Part shown: one piece after another, positions 1 through 9,715 of the stretch
Numbering within the stretch: the first letter of the stretch is position 1
Layout of the letters: every line of letters begins with the position of its first letter
Assembly (NCBI GenBank): GCA_047602405.1
Contig: JASGHJ010000001.1
Span: 64,001 to 128,000, forward strand
DNA from: Anaeromyxobacteraceae bacterium
GTDB taxonomy: Bacteria > Myxococcota > Myxococcia > Myxococcales > Anaeromyxobacteraceae
Length of the DNA: 64,000 nt
Direction: 5' to 3'
Translations under genes and position numbers: made by a program
The notes under the pieces: generated by a model
Databases searched by the model: none
What the model was told of the DNA's origin: nothing
The model's input: only the letters and a program-made list of their open reading frames with translations

Positions 1-131
1 TCGTAGAACACGGTGGAGCCGTCGTCGACCCGCCGACAGCGCATCCCGAGGTCCTGGAGGGTGAGGGCGACGAGCTCGACAACGTCCCCTCCGGGCACTG
101 CCACCTTGTGAGGTTCGCGCTTCTTCGTCAC
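1..131 (-). CDS. N-terminal part of a hypothetical protein, paralogue of 141..899 (runs off window)
   Basis: GTG at 131 after GGAGG; MTKKREPHKVAVPGGDVVELVALTLQDLGMRCRRVDDGSTVFY aligns with the neighbour's VDLAVLAVTHTDIGCRRLDDGSLVTF. Confidence 0.6.
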   Translation of the reverse strand, partial: MTKKREPHKVAVPGGDVVELVALTLQDLGMRCRRVDDGSTVFY

Positions 132-140
132 CCGGTCCTC

Positions 141-899
141 CTACCGCGGCCCATCGCCCGCGGCGAGCTCCGCGAGCAGCTCCCGCGCGCCCAGCTGGTC
201 CTCGGGATCGAGGAGGAGCAGCCTCAACAGCTGCCGCCGCGCGTCCTCGGGGTTGCCGAGCTTCGACTGCGCCCACGCGTAGCCGTACAGGCACCGGAGG
301 AACGGCCGGTTGCTCTCGATGGCCCACGGGAGGAGCCCGTCGAAGTCCGCCGGGATCGGCTCGTCCGCGATGCGGAGCGCGATCTCGTAGTGGAGCCGCG
401 ACATGCGGTGGAACCGCTGGGACGCGATGTCGCCGAGGAGCGCGTGCGCGCCGAGGCAGCGGAGGTCCTTCGCGAGGAGCCGCCACGCGCGCGTGAACGC
501 GAGCGGGACGTCGCCCGCCGCGAAGGACGCCTCCGCGTCGAGGAGCGGCCGCCGGTGCTTCCCCTGCCCCGGGATCGGGTGCTCGAGCGCGTGCACGCGG
601 CGGCCCTCGCCCGACTCGAGCGCGATGAGCTTCAAGGGCTCGAGCCGGAGCATCGGCACGTCGACGCGGACCGACTCGACGTCGCCGGAGAGGAACGGGC
701 GACCGTAGGTCCAGTACTTCTTCACCTTCACCGTCGCGACCGCTCCCGGCGCGAGGTGCACGCCGTCGATGCCGCGGAAGGTGACGAGGGAGCCGTCGTC
801 GAGCCGCCGGCAGCCGATGTCGGTGTGCGTGACCGCGAGCACCGCGAGGTCCACGCGCGCGCCGGGCGGGAGGTGGGGGGCCTTCGGGCGAGCCGTCAC
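141..899 (-). CDS. Hypothetical TPR-like protein
   Basis: C-terminal part of ORF 141..1619. GTG start overlaps the stop of the kinase (GTGA). Helical TPR-like C-terminus (NRPFLRCLYGYA...LLLLDPEDQLGAR). Confidence 0.65.
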   Translation of the reverse strand: MTARPKAPHLPPGARVDLAVLAVTHTDIGCRRLDDGSLVTFRGIDGVHLAPGAVATVKVKKYWTYGRPFLSGDVESVRVDVPMLRLEPLKLIALESGEGRRVHALEHPIPGQGKHRRPLLDAEASFAAGDVPLAFTRAWRLLAKDLRCLGAHALLGDIASQRFHRMSRLHYEIALRIADEPIPADFDGLLPWAIESNRPFLRCLYGYAWAQSKLGNPEDARRQLLRLLLLDPEDQLGARELLAELAAGDGPR

Positions 900-1684
900 G
901 CGGTCGCGAGCTCCATCACCACCTCCGCCCCGACCTTGCCCTTCCCGAGGGTCACGTCCCCGCCGTGCTCGCGGGCCACCTTCCTCGCGAGCGCGAGCCC
1001 GAACCCCGCCGCCGGCGCCGTCCGGTGGAAGAGGAACGGCTCGAACACCGTCTCCGGCAGCGCGTTCCCGAACCCCGGCCCCTCGTCGGAGACCTTCACG
1101 CGCGCCTTGCCCCGCGAGTGCTCGACCTCCACCCGCACGTGCCCGCCGAACCTCGAGACCCGGAGCGCGTTCGTGAGGAGCTCCACGACCGCCTGGGTGA
1201 GCCCCTTCACGTCGAGCTGCGCCGGGAGCCGGTCCGGCCCGTCGACCGTGACCTCGATCTGCTTCAGGCGTGCCTGCTCCTTCGTGGCCTCGATGGCCTG
1301 CCGCACGACGGCCGCGAGGTCGCCCGCCTCGCGCCGCGTGCGCGGCTCGACGAGGACGAGGATGCGCCCCGCGAGCGTGGAGAGCCGGTCGACCTCGCGC
1401 TTCGCGTCCTCGATGGACGCCGCGAGCTCGGTCGTGTCGCGCCTGCGGCGCAGGGCGAGCTCGAGCGAGGCGCCGAGGAGCCGGAGCGGCTTCTCGAGCT
1501 CGGTGACCGCGCGCGAGGCGAGCCAGACGCGCTCGCCGCGCTCGTCCGCGAGGACCTGCTCGGTCGCGTGGAGCTCCTGCCGCGCGCGGCCCAGGCGTCC
1601 GCGCACGAGCGCCGCCCACCCGAGCGGCAGCGCGGCCGCGAAGAGGAGGGCGAGGATGAAGGGCCAGGCGGTGGTGGCCTGCAC
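896..1684 (-). CDS. Sensor histidine kinase-like protein (TM + HisKA-like + HATPase_c)
   Basis: N-terminal TM helix; ELLTNAL, VSDEGPG, VFEPF, GFGLALARKVAREHGG boxes. The H-box His appears replaced (VTELEKPL). Start uncertain. Confidence 0.75.
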   Translation of the reverse strand: MQATTAWPFILALLFAAALPLGWAALVRGRLGRARQELHATEQVLADERGERVWLASRAVTELEKPLRLLGASLELALRRRRDTTELAASIEDAKREVDRLSTLAGRILVLVEPRTRREAGDLAAVVRQAIEATKEQARLKQIEVTVDGPDRLPAQLDVKGLTQAVVELLTNALRVSRFGGHVRVEVEHSRGKARVKVSDEGPGFGNALPETVFEPFLFHRTAPAAGFGLALARKVAREHGGDVTLGKGKVGAEVVMELATA

Positions 1685-1935
1685 GGGGCCATCATCCCCC
1701 CTGCCGCACCGCCCCCACCACACCGTTTGCAGGTGCCCGGCCCCTACCCACCCCGTTCATCCCGAGCGTAGGGCCGCTCTAGGCGGCCCGGAGTCGAGGG
1801 ACGAAACCCCTGCAACTCCGCCCTTGATCGCCGGCTCAGGGTACCGTATAGAGGCGTGCTCGCACCGCCGCGGCAGACGCCCCGGTCGTGCCAGGTACCC
1901 GGAACGAGTAGGGATTCACGAACGGAGCAGCATTC

Positions 1936-2025
1936 GGAGGAGTGGCCGAGCGGTTTAAGGCGGCGGTCTTGAAAACCGCTGAGGGTTCACGCCCTCCGAA
2001 GGTTCGAATCCTTCCTCCTCCGCCA
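1936..2025 (+). tRNA. tRNA-Ser(TGA)
   Basis: GGAGGAG acceptor stem, anticodon arm GCGGT-CTTGAAA-ACCGC, long variable arm, GGTTCGAATCC, CCA end. Confidence 0.97.
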
Positions 2026-2042
2026 GAGAAGGAGAGAGGTTC

Positions 2043-2132
2043 GGAAAGGTGGCCGAGAGGCCGAAGGCGCTGGTTTGCTAAACCAGTATACGGGTAACCG
2101 TATCGAGGGTTCGAATCCCTCCCTTTCCGCCA
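2043..2132 (+). tRNA. tRNA-Ser(GCT)
   Basis: Anticodon arm CTGGT-TTGCTAA-ACCAG, long variable arm, GGTTCGAATCC, CCA end. Confidence 0.97.
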
Positions 2133-2178
2133 GTGAGGAAGCACCCGACGTAGACTGTCGGTGACATCGAGAGAGTTG

Positions 2179-2255
2179 GGGCCCTTAGCTCAGTTGGATA
2201 GAGCGTCGGACTACGAATCCGAAGGCCAGAGGTTCGAATCCTCTAGGGCCCGCCA
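2179..2255 (+). tRNA. tRNA-Arg(ACG), integration site of the island
   Basis: GGGCCC stem, anticodon arm TCGGA-CTACGAA-TCCGA, GGTTCGAATCC, CCA; 3' half duplicated at 31499. Confidence 0.97.
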
Positions 2256-2261
2256 GTAAAG

Positions 2262-2300
2262 ACGGGGACTTGGCTCATCGCCAGGTCCCCGTTTCCTTTT
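2262..2300 (+). terminator. Rho-independent terminator after tRNA-Arg (island-supplied)
   Basis: Hairpin ACGGGGACTTGGC-TCATC-GCCAGGTCCCCGT followed by TTCCTTTT. Confidence 0.7.
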
Positions 2301-2301
2301 C

Positions 2302-2320
2302 CGGGGCCACGGCGGGGCCA
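2302..2320 (+). promoter_or_regulatory. Putative integrase arm-type sites (2x CGGGGCCA, 11-bp period)
   Basis: The same tandem pair occurs at 31376..31395 near the other end. Confidence 0.6.
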
Positions 2321-2398
2321 ACGAGGACGAGTCGAACCTGCACTCCGGCCTTCGGAAGTGCGGGGGACCACGGTGAACCCTTCACGTACGGGTGAGCC

Positions 2399-3511
2399 AT
2401 GGCGCGTCCAACCAGGCATCGGGGCAAGTGGCGGATTCGTTGGTTCGACGAGAACGATCGTCGTCGCAGTGAGGTCTACGAGAAGCTGACTCACGCGAAG
2501 TCGAAGCTCCGCGAACACGAACTGAAGGCAGAGGAGATCAGGCTCGGGATTAGGTCGCCTGACCCGGCTCCTCGCACGTTCGACGACGCGGCCGACTACT
2601 GGCTCAAGCACCGTGCAGTGAACAAGCGGAGCCGGGCCTGCGACGAGTCTATCCTGCGGGTACACCTGCGGCCGTTCTTCGGTGGGATGAAGCTTGCCCG
2701 GATCGGAGTGCAGCAGGTGGACGAGTTCTCCGCCACGAAGACCCACCTTCACAAGAACACCCTGCACCACGTCCTCACCCTTCTGATCTCGCTCCTTCAC
2801 CTGGCCGTCGAACTCGATTGGTTGAGGAAGCTCCCGAAGATCAAGAAGCCGTCGATTAAGCTGTTCACGAAGGACTTCCACTACCTTCGCAACGGAAGCG
2901 AGCTCATCAGGTTTCTTCGTGCGGCCCACGACGAGGGCGACCTCGCCTTCGCCCTGTACGCCACTGCGGTGTTCACCGGCCTACGTCAGGGCGAGTTGGC
3001 CGCACTCCGGTGGAGTGAAGTGAACCTTGAGAAGCGACTGATCTCCGTTGAGCACAGTTGGCATGGACCGACGAAGACCGGCGAGGTCCGTTACGTCCCC
3101 ATTCTCGACCCGCTCCTCCCGGTGCTGCAGGAGTGGCACCTGAAGTGTCCCGGCGAGTTCGTGTTTCCGAATCGGGATGGACGCATGTTCTCGAAGTGCG
3201 CCCGCATCTTCCAGGAGACGTTTCACGACATTCTCGACCGGGCGGGCTTTCCAAAGGTGGAACGCCACGGGCGCACCCGCCGGTACATCAGGTTCCACGA
3301 TCTGCGGCACACCTTTGCCTCCCACTGGATGATGAATAGCGGTGACCTCTTCCGCCTCCAGAGCGTCCTCGGCCACAAGTCGCCGCTGATGACCATGCGT
3401 TATGCGCACCTCGCGCCGGACGCATTCGAGCAGGACCACGCACGCCTGGGCGGCCGACTCGATCTTGAGGACGCGCCTGTCGTCGAGTTGCGCCCAAAGC
3501 CAGCCCAGTAG
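2399..3511 (+). CDS. Tyrosine recombinase / phage-type integrase
   Basis: GLRQGE (R), PTKTG (K), HDLRHT, LGH, TMRYAH (Y); N-terminal arm-binding-like beta domain. Confidence 0.95.
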   Translation: MARPTRHRGKWRIRWFDENDRRRSEVYEKLTHAKSKLREHELKAEEIRLGIRSPDPAPRTFDDAADYWLKHRAVNKRSRACDESILRVHLRPFFGGMKLARIGVQQVDEFSATKTHLHKNTLHHVLTLLISLLHLAVELDWLRKLPKIKKPSIKLFTKDFHYLRNGSELIRFLRAAHDEGDLAFALYATAVFTGLRQGELAALRWSEVNLEKRLISVEHSWHGPTKTGEVRYVPILDPLLPVLQEWHLKCPGEFVFPNRDGRMFSKCARIFQETFHDILDRAGFPKVERHGRTRRYIRFHDLRHTFASHWMMNSGDLFRLQSVLGHKSPLMTMRYAHLAPDAFEQDHARLGGRLDLEDAPVVELRPKPAQ

Positions 3512-3623
3512 ACGCCTGCACTGCACTCCGATTTTGAGGAGTGCGGGGGTCTCCTGTTCGCTGCCGCGCTAGACCGTTCCCATCACGAGCAGCCCGCAAG
3601 GAAGCGGGCACTGGAGAACGGAC

Positions 3624-3953
3624 ATGAAGACGGCATCGTCACCGGGCACACCTACCGGCGCACTGCATCCTCGTCAGGCACTAGACGAGGCCGATCGCAG
3701 CGACAAGCCACGGAGCGAGGTTTCCACGGACGCCTTGGGGACCCACCCTCCCCCGCCGAAGCCTCTCCTCACCTACATGGAAGTCGCGGAGCAGTACAAC
3801 CTGAAGCGGAACACGCTCTATGCACTCGTTCACCAGGGACGCATCCCCTATGTCCGCATCGGGAAGCGTCTGATTCGCTTCTCGCGTGAGGACCTGGAGA
3901 ACTGGATCAGAGCACATACGGTCTCGTCCAAGTCCGCAAGCGAGGGCGACTAG
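3624..3953 (+). CDS. Excisionase-like HTH DNA-binding protein
   Basis: LLTYMEVAEQYNLKRNTLYALVHQGRIPYVRIGKRLIRFSREDLENWI pattern; true start may be downstream. Confidence 0.85.
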   Translation: MKTASSPGTPTGALHPRQALDEADRSDKPRSEVSTDALGTHPPPPKPLLTYMEVAEQYNLKRNTLYALVHQGRIPYVRIGKRLIRFSREDLENWIRAHTVSSKSASEGD

Positions 3954-4478
3954 ATGCGCCCCGGACTGCACCTTGAGTTGTCGCACCTTGTTAGCGCGAC
4001 GGTCCGCCACCTTGAGGTGCGGCCCGGGGCCAGGATCTTTCGCCTGCGGATGCGTTACGGGAAGTTCGGCGGGCTCGACAAGAGGCTCGCAAAGGCAGAT
4101 GCGTTCGTGTCTCGTTTCGACCGGACCCGTACCTCTGGCGTCTTGTTGCTTGCGCACTCTCCCGATCGGTTCCGAATGGAGCTGCGCGGCCTGGCGATCA
4201 CCCGCAAGGACCTCGCGTGCATTCAGAAGCGGTGGTGGAACGCGACGGGCGTCCGGTGCGCGCTCTCCGACATTGAGCTAGTTGGCGTTAGCCCCCTTGA
4301 CCGACCCGCGATCCGAAATGCGATCGCCTGGGCGCTGAAGTCGCGCAGGCCGTACTTCCTGAACGAGGAAGAATCCGTTGTCGCCGCAGGAGCATTTTCC
4401 GACATTTGGGCGGCGCGCCCCGTTGCCGCCGTCCCCCTTCGTGAGTCGGACCTACGCGACGATCTCGGCGGTCCCTGA
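3954..4478 (+). CDS. Hypothetical protein
   Basis: Abuts the xis stop, co-oriented within the int-xis-rep cluster; no motif recognised. Confidence 0.5.
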   Translation: MRPGLHLELSHLVSATVRHLEVRPGARIFRLRMRYGKFGGLDKRLAKADAFVSRFDRTRTSGVLLLAHSPDRFRMELRGLAITRKDLACIQKRWWNATGVRCALSDIELVGVSPLDRPAIRNAIAWALKSRRPYFLNEEESVVAAGAFSDIWAARPVAAVPLRESDLRDDLGGP

Positions 4479-4498
4479 GATGACGCCTTGCGTGTCGT

Positions 4499-5482
4499 AT
4501 GAGCACCGCTGAAAGACCGAGTGGTGAACGTCGTCCGTGGGGGATCCGCGTTCATCGCGGTCCGACTGACGAACGTCATCGACAGCGGGTGAGGGAGTAC
4601 GACCTGCTCCCGGCTTTCGTTGCTGGAGTGCAGACTCTTCTCGCCTCCCGGGCCGACCTGACCGCGTTCGCGATCTCGCTCACCTACAACGAGCACGTTC
4701 GGCCAGACTGGCTGTATCGGTCGGTGCACTGGTTCGATCGTGAGGTGATCAGGGATACCGACTCACTTTGGCTGGTCCTCGATCTCAGGCGCAACAACCT
4801 TGGACCTCACTGGCACGGCCTGCATCTTTCTGAAAGGCGGGAGCCTCCCACCAGGGAGCTCCAAGCCTGGGCCAAGCGCAACGGCGGGTCCGCAAAGACG
4901 AACTGGGTCAGGTACCTCGAATACCAGGATGAGAGAGCCTCTCCTCGCTTCGCAAGAAGCGTTCACTCATGGATCTGGTACTGCTGCAAGGCACTCCCGA
5001 CGCCATCGCTGCTGCTGACGGAACGCGCTGTTTCATCCTCCTACCTGGAGGATCTCTGGGCAGAAGCGTTCGGATACCGATCTACTGACCAGTTCTTCTC
5101 CCCCTTCCTCGTCGATCGGGGTGGCGTTCCCGTCGCAACCCCTGAAGGTGAGCAAGGCAACGTTCGGCGGTGCCTCTTCTGCAAGCGACCGCTGGGCGAG
5201 GGCCGACATCCCCGAGCCAAGTACTGCCGCGAGTCTGACCGCCCCTGCAGGTTGCGTGCTTGGCGCGCGCAACGCGCGAAGCGCCTGGCCTCCTCCACCA
5301 CAGCAACACCGGACTCGTCAGGGGGCTCATCCGATACGGATCCATCTCCCGAAGCGACTTCGGGCAACGGAGATCCACCCGCAGGCACGGACCCTGTTCC
5401 ATGTGACGTTTCGGACCGTATCGAACCGCATCAAGATGATCTCGTTTCCGAACCCACCAGCTCGCGCCGCTCTGAGTTGTAG
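4499..5482 (+). CDS. HUH-superfamily rolling-circle replication initiator with C-terminal Zn finger
   Basis: Motif 1 AISLTY, motif 2 PHWHGLH, motif 3 WYCCK (YxxK); C-terminal CLFC...KYC...C. Confidence 0.7.
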   Translation: MSTAERPSGERRPWGIRVHRGPTDERHRQRVREYDLLPAFVAGVQTLLASRADLTAFAISLTYNEHVRPDWLYRSVHWFDREVIRDTDSLWLVLDLRRNNLGPHWHGLHLSERREPPTRELQAWAKRNGGSAKTNWVRYLEYQDERASPRFARSVHSWIWYCCKALPTPSLLLTERAVSSSYLEDLWAEAFGYRSTDQFFSPFLVDRGGVPVATPEGEQGNVRRCLFCKRPLGEGRHPRAKYCRESDRPCRLRAWRAQRAKRLASSTTATPDSSGGSSDTDPSPEATSGNGDPPAGTDPVPCDVSDRIEPHQDDLVSEPTSSRRSEL

Positions 5483-5498
5483 ATCGTCCATGCGCGTT

Positions 5499-7055
5499 TG
5501 CGGATTTCGGCGAATGGTGAACACGGGGATCGGCGCATCGTGAACAGCCGGATCGGGGGAACGTGAACGCCAGGATCGGCGTTCATGAACACCGAGATCG
5601 GGCATCGTGAACACGCGGATCGGCCATCGTGAACAGGCCGGCCGCGTCACCCCTGCGGGGTAGGGTCCGCGCCTCACCGAGGCGCGGAGAGCGGTCCCGG
5701 CGAAGCGACGCTGGACGGTAGCCACCCGTCCCGCGCCTCCACCACGGAGGCGGCGGGATGGCGACTGAGCGACTGTCCATGCGGAAGACGAGAGAGGTCC
5801 TGAGGCAGAAGTGGGAGCTCGGGCGCACGCACCGCGAGGTGGCGGCGAGCGTGGGGCTGTCGCTGGGCGCGGTGGCGCTCGCGCTCGGCCGGGCGGCGGC
5901 GGCCGGGCTCGACTGGGCGACTGCGCAGGGGCTCTCGGACGTCGCGCTCGAGGAGCGGCTCTACGGACCGCGCGACGAGGCTGCGGCCCGACCGATGCCG
6001 GACTGCGAGTACCTCCACGCGGAGCGGAAGAAGCCGGGCGTGACGCTGGAGCTGCTTCACCATGAGTACCTGGAGAAGCATCCGGAAGGCTACCGGTACA
6101 CGCAATTCTGCGAGCGGTACCGCGAGTGGCTGAAGCGCCGCGGCCTCACGATGCGCCAGGAGCATCTCGCCGGCGAGAAGCTCTTCATCGACTACGCAGG
6201 GAAGAAGCCGCACATCGTCGATCCCAAGACGGGCGAGGTGATCGCCGTCGAGCTGTTCGTCGCGGTGCTGGGCGCGTCGAACTACACCTACGCCGAGGCG
6301 ACCCTCACGCAGCGGGGCCCGGACTTCATCGCCAGCCACGTGCGGTCGCTGGGCGCGCTGGGCGGAGTGCCCGCGGCTATCGTGCCTGACCAGCTCAAGA
6401 GCGGAGTCACCGCCGCGTGCCGCTACGAGCCGGGGATCCAGCGCACCTACGAGGATCTGGCGCGGCACTACGGCACGACAGTCCTGCCGGCGCGGCCGCA
6501 ACGGCCGCGCGACAAGGCCAAGGTCGAGGTCGCGGTGCAGATCGCCGAGCGGTGGATCGTGGCCAGGCTGCGTCACGAGACCTTCTTCTCGCTCGAGGCG
6601 CTGAACGAGCGGATCGCCGAGCTGCTCGAGGACCTGAACGGCCGGAGGATGCGCGTCTACGGTGCGAGCCGCCGAGAGCTCTTCGAGCGCGTCGACCGGC
6701 CCGCCCTGAAGCCGCTGCCGCCCGAGCCGTTCGCATACTCCGAGTGGAGGACCGCGCGGCTCAACATCGATTACCACGCCGAGATCGACCACCACTACTA
6801 CTCGGCGCCGCACGCGCTCGTGCACGAGCAGGTCGAGGCGCGGCTCACCGCGGTGACCGTGGAGATCTTCCACCGCGGCGAGCGGGTCGCCTCGCATGTG
6901 CGGAGCTACCGGCGTGGCGGGCACACGACCGTGCCCGAGCACATGCCGAAGGCCCACCAGAAGCACCTCGAGTGGACACCGTCGAGGATCCTGCATTGGG
7001 CGGAGACCATCGGCCCGAAGACCCGTGAGCTCGCCGCGGCGATTCTCGCCGAGCG
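5499..7055 (+). mobile_element. IS21-family element A, left part (right part inverted at 22680..23774)
   Basis: End TGCGGATTTCGG, subterminal TGAAC-N5-GATCGG repeats, 6-bp TSD CGCGTT (5493..5498; reverse complement at 22674..22679). Confidence 0.9.
5758..7055 (+). pseudogene. istA: IS21 transposase IstA (element A), N-terminal part, interrupted by IS21-B
   Basis: LFIDYAG, VPDQLKSG, PRDKAKVE motifs; C-terminus continues at 23526..23774 (-). Confidence 0.9.
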
Positions 7056-7117
7056 TGTCAAAGAAACCCCCAACTGATCCACCCCGAGAGCGGGCATGGT
7101 GATCCACCTCGGCCCGA

Positions 7118-7900
7118 TCAGGCGTCGGCCCGCGCCTCGTTTCCGCCCTTCCTCTCGGCGGTGCGCTTGCGGGTGGCGCGGGTCCGATAGCTCTCGCCGG
7201 TGATCGCGATCTGGTGGGCGTCGTGGGCGAGCCGGTCGAGCGCCGCGCTCGCGAGCAGCGGCTCGCCGAAGACCTCGGGCCACTCGGGGAAGGCGCGGTT
7301 CGAGGTGATGATCATCGAGCCCTTCTCGTACCGCTCGGCGACGATCTCGTAGAGGTCCTCGGGGGCCGGCGCGCGGAGGGGCTTCAGGCCGAAGTCGTCG
7401 AGGATGATGAGGTCGGGGCGGGCGAAGCTGGCGAGGCGGCGCTCGTAGGTGCCGTCCGCGCGGCCTGCTGCGAGGTGGGCGAGCGCGCGGGCGGCCGTCA
7501 TGAAGACGACCTCGTAGCCGCGGCGGCACGCCTCATGGCCGAGCGCCTGGGCGAGGTGGCTCTTGCCGACACCAGAGGGGCCGACGAAGAAGACGTTTTG
7601 GTGCTGCTCGATGAAGCGGCAGGTGGCGAGGTCGGCGATCTCCTTCTGGGAGACCTTGGGGCAGGCGGTGAAGTCGAAGGTCTCGAGCGTCTTCTGCGGG
7701 TCGAAGGCCGCGCGGCGCAGCCGCATCTTCAGCTTGTGCTGAGCGCGCCGCTCGACCTCGTCCTCGACGAGCTGGGCGAGGAACTCAACGTACGAGAGCT
7801 TGGCGTCGATGGCGCCGCGGTTGCGCTGCTCGAGGGTCTCGAGGATGCCGCTGAGCCTCAGGCTCTTCAGCATCGGGGTGAGCTGATGGATCAGGTCCAC
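7118..7900 (-). CDS. istB: IS21 helper ATPase IstB
   Basis: GPSGVGKS Walker A, LIILDDFG Walker B, LDRLAH. Confidence 0.93.
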   Translation of the reverse strand: MDLIHQLTPMLKSLRLSGILETLEQRNRGAIDAKLSYVEFLAQLVEDEVERRAQHKLKMRLRRAAFDPQKTLETFDFTACPKVSQKEIADLATCRFIEQHQNVFFVGPSGVGKSHLAQALGHEACRRGYEVVFMTAARALAHLAAGRADGTYERRLASFARPDLIILDDFGLKPLRAPAPEDLYEIVAERYEKGSMIITSNRAFPEWPEVFGEPLLASAALDRLAHDAHQIAITGESYRTRATRKRTAERKGGNEARADA

Positions 7901-9471
7901 TGGGTCTCTCCTTGGGTGATGGCCGTGTCGGCCGGGTTGAACAGGTCGAAGAAGGTCCTCGCGTAGGTCGGCTCGGCACGCGGTGGTAGCGGGGACGCGG
8001 CGTCGCCGGGCAAGGGCTCCCGGTCGAGGCCGCGGTTGAGGATCCGCTGCACGGTCTTGGCCTGGATCGCGTCGCAGGCGACGGCGCGGCGGCAGGCCGC
8101 CTCGAGCCGCTTCTCGCCCACCGACTCGGCGAGCCGCAGGGTGGCCTGGGCCCCGCGGAGCCGATCGAGCACCTCGTCGCCGAGGAGCAGCTCGATGAAC
8201 TTGCCGGTGGCTGGCCCGATCTGGCGAGCGCGCTCGCGGCACCAGGTCGGCGTCTGCATCAGGTAGCGGAGCTTCTTGGGTGGCAGGTGCGCGGGGTTGG
8301 TGACGCGCTGGCCCGGCCGAAGCGCCCGCCCGTGCGTCGCCACGAGCTGGTGCTCGCGGAAGAGCTGGACGACCCGCGAGGTGGAGCGCAGCCACAACCG
8401 CTCGCCGATGAAGGGATGAGGCGCCGAGTAGTAGCTGCGCGCGAAGACGACGTGGCAGTCGGGGTGGAGCTTCGCCTGCTTCCACTCGACGAGATCGAAC
8501 GGGCTGGAGGGAAGCGGGATGAGCGCCGGCCGCTCCCGCGCCTCGAAGACGTGGATCGGGATCTCCTGCGTCGTGCCGTGCACGCGCGCGCCGGCGTGGT
8601 CGACGACCCAGTCGATGGCCTCGCCGTTGGCGTCGACGAGGCCGCGGAAGGCGCGCCCGGCGAGGAAGCTCCGCTTCACGTACTGCACGCCGCGCTCGAC
8701 CTTGCCCTTGTGCTCGGGCGTCCGCGCGACGCAGGGCGAGATCACGAAGCCGTAGTGCTCGGCGCATTCACGGTAGGCGCGCTGGACCTCGGGATCGGTG
8801 ATCGACGCCTTGATGATGCCGGCCTTCAGGTTGTCGAGGAGGACCTTGCGCGGGACCCCGCCGAAGAACTCGAACGCGTTGCGGTGCAGCGCGAGCCAGG
8901 TCCCGACGGTCTGGTCCTGCACGAGCTCGACGTACTGGTGCCGGCTGTGCGAGAGCGTCATCACGAAGACCCAGGTCTTCGCCGGTGCCTCGCCCGGCGC
9001 CCGCGGGATGAGCCCCGCGTAGCCGAAATCCACCTGGGCCTCCTCGCCCGGACCGACCTCGAGCCGCACGACCGCGCGCCGCGGGCGCTCGTCGACGTAC
9101 CGCCGCACGAAGCGCCGGAACGCGGTGTAGCTCCCGCGCACGTCGGGGTGCGCCACCGAGAACCGCTCCCAGGCAACCTTGACCTGCAGGCCGGCGCCCA
9201 CGAGCTCGGCGATCTCGTCGTGGTACGCCATGAGCCGCGGAGGCGCCTGGACGGGTTCGGTGCGGGCGAGCCTCTCCTCGAGCTCGGCGGCGGTCGGCAG
9301 CGTCGCCGCGTCGCCTGCCAAGAGCTTCTCGCCCTCGAACCAGGCCACGTACTCGCGGACCGTATTGCGGCTGACGCCGAGCCCCTTCGCCACCGCCCGC
9401 GCGCTCTCGCCGAGCCGCAGCCGTCGCAACATCTCGCGAACGTCGAGCACGTCGCATCTCCTCCCTGCCAT
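7891..9471 (-). CDS. istA: IS21 transposase IstA
   Basis: AQVDFG, LLDNLKAG, PEHKGKVE DDE motifs. Confidence 0.93.
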   Translation of the reverse strand: MAGRRCDVLDVREMLRRLRLGESARAVAKGLGVSRNTVREYVAWFEGEKLLAGDAATLPTAAELEERLARTEPVQAPPRLMAYHDEIAELVGAGLQVKVAWERFSVAHPDVRGSYTAFRRFVRRYVDERPRRAVVRLEVGPGEEAQVDFGYAGLIPRAPGEAPAKTWVFVMTLSHSRHQYVELVQDQTVGTWLALHRNAFEFFGGVPRKVLLDNLKAGIIKASITDPEVQRAYRECAEHYGFVISPCVARTPEHKGKVERGVQYVKRSFLAGRAFRGLVDANGEAIDWVVDHAGARVHGTTQEIPIHVFEARERPALIPLPSSPFDLVEWKQAKLHPDCHVVFARSYYSAPHPFIGERLWLRSTSRVVQLFREHQLVATHGRALRPGQRVTNPAHLPPKKLRYLMQTPTWCRERARQIGPATGKFIELLLGDEVLDRLRGAQATLRLAESVGEKRLEAACRRAVACDAIQAKTVQRILNRGLDREPLPGDAASPLPPRAEPTYARTFFDLFNPADTAITQGETQWT

Positions 9472-9715
9472 CCACGCCCTCCAGGCAAAAGGCCCGGAGT
9501 GGCACGCGCCCGCGGCTGCCACAAGGCGCACGACGCCCCCTCCGCGCGCCTCTCGGCGGCGGCCTCGACGTCGTGCTGTGGGGAGCTGCGGGGTGGATCA
9601 GTTACCCCGCCCCTGGGGTGGATCAGTATGGGTGATCATGGGTGGATCACCATGCCCGCCCCTGGGTGGATCAGCTTGGGCGCTCCTGGTGGATCAGGTA
9701 CCGCGCCCCTCGACA

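Larger units (their letters stand above)
7056..9715 (-). mobile_element. IS21-family element B, copy 1 (2660 bp)
   Basis: TGTC...GACA ends, GGTGGATCA subterminal repeats, istA-istB; same ORF translations as the copy at 23775..26434. Confidence 0.95.

Noticed and set aside
108..1958. Long plus-strand ORFs (also many Arg/Pro/Ala-rich ORFs across the window)
   Set aside because: Antisense or shadow frames typical of high-GC DNA, overlapping better-supported genes.
1836..2144. 102-aa minus-strand ORF
   Set aside because: Antisense to the tRNA-Ser genes.
5515..5640. Regular ~22-23-bp repeats (TGAAC-N5-GATCGG) resembling a mini-CRISPR or iterons
   Set aside because: They lie inside the IS21-A end and recur at its other end (22695..22750). 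These are standard IS21 transposase-binding repeats; there are no spacer-length unique segments and no cas genes.
9590..9700. Five GGTGGATCA repeats at ~24-bp spacing (also 23790..23900)
   Set aside because: Subterminal repeats of IS21-B.
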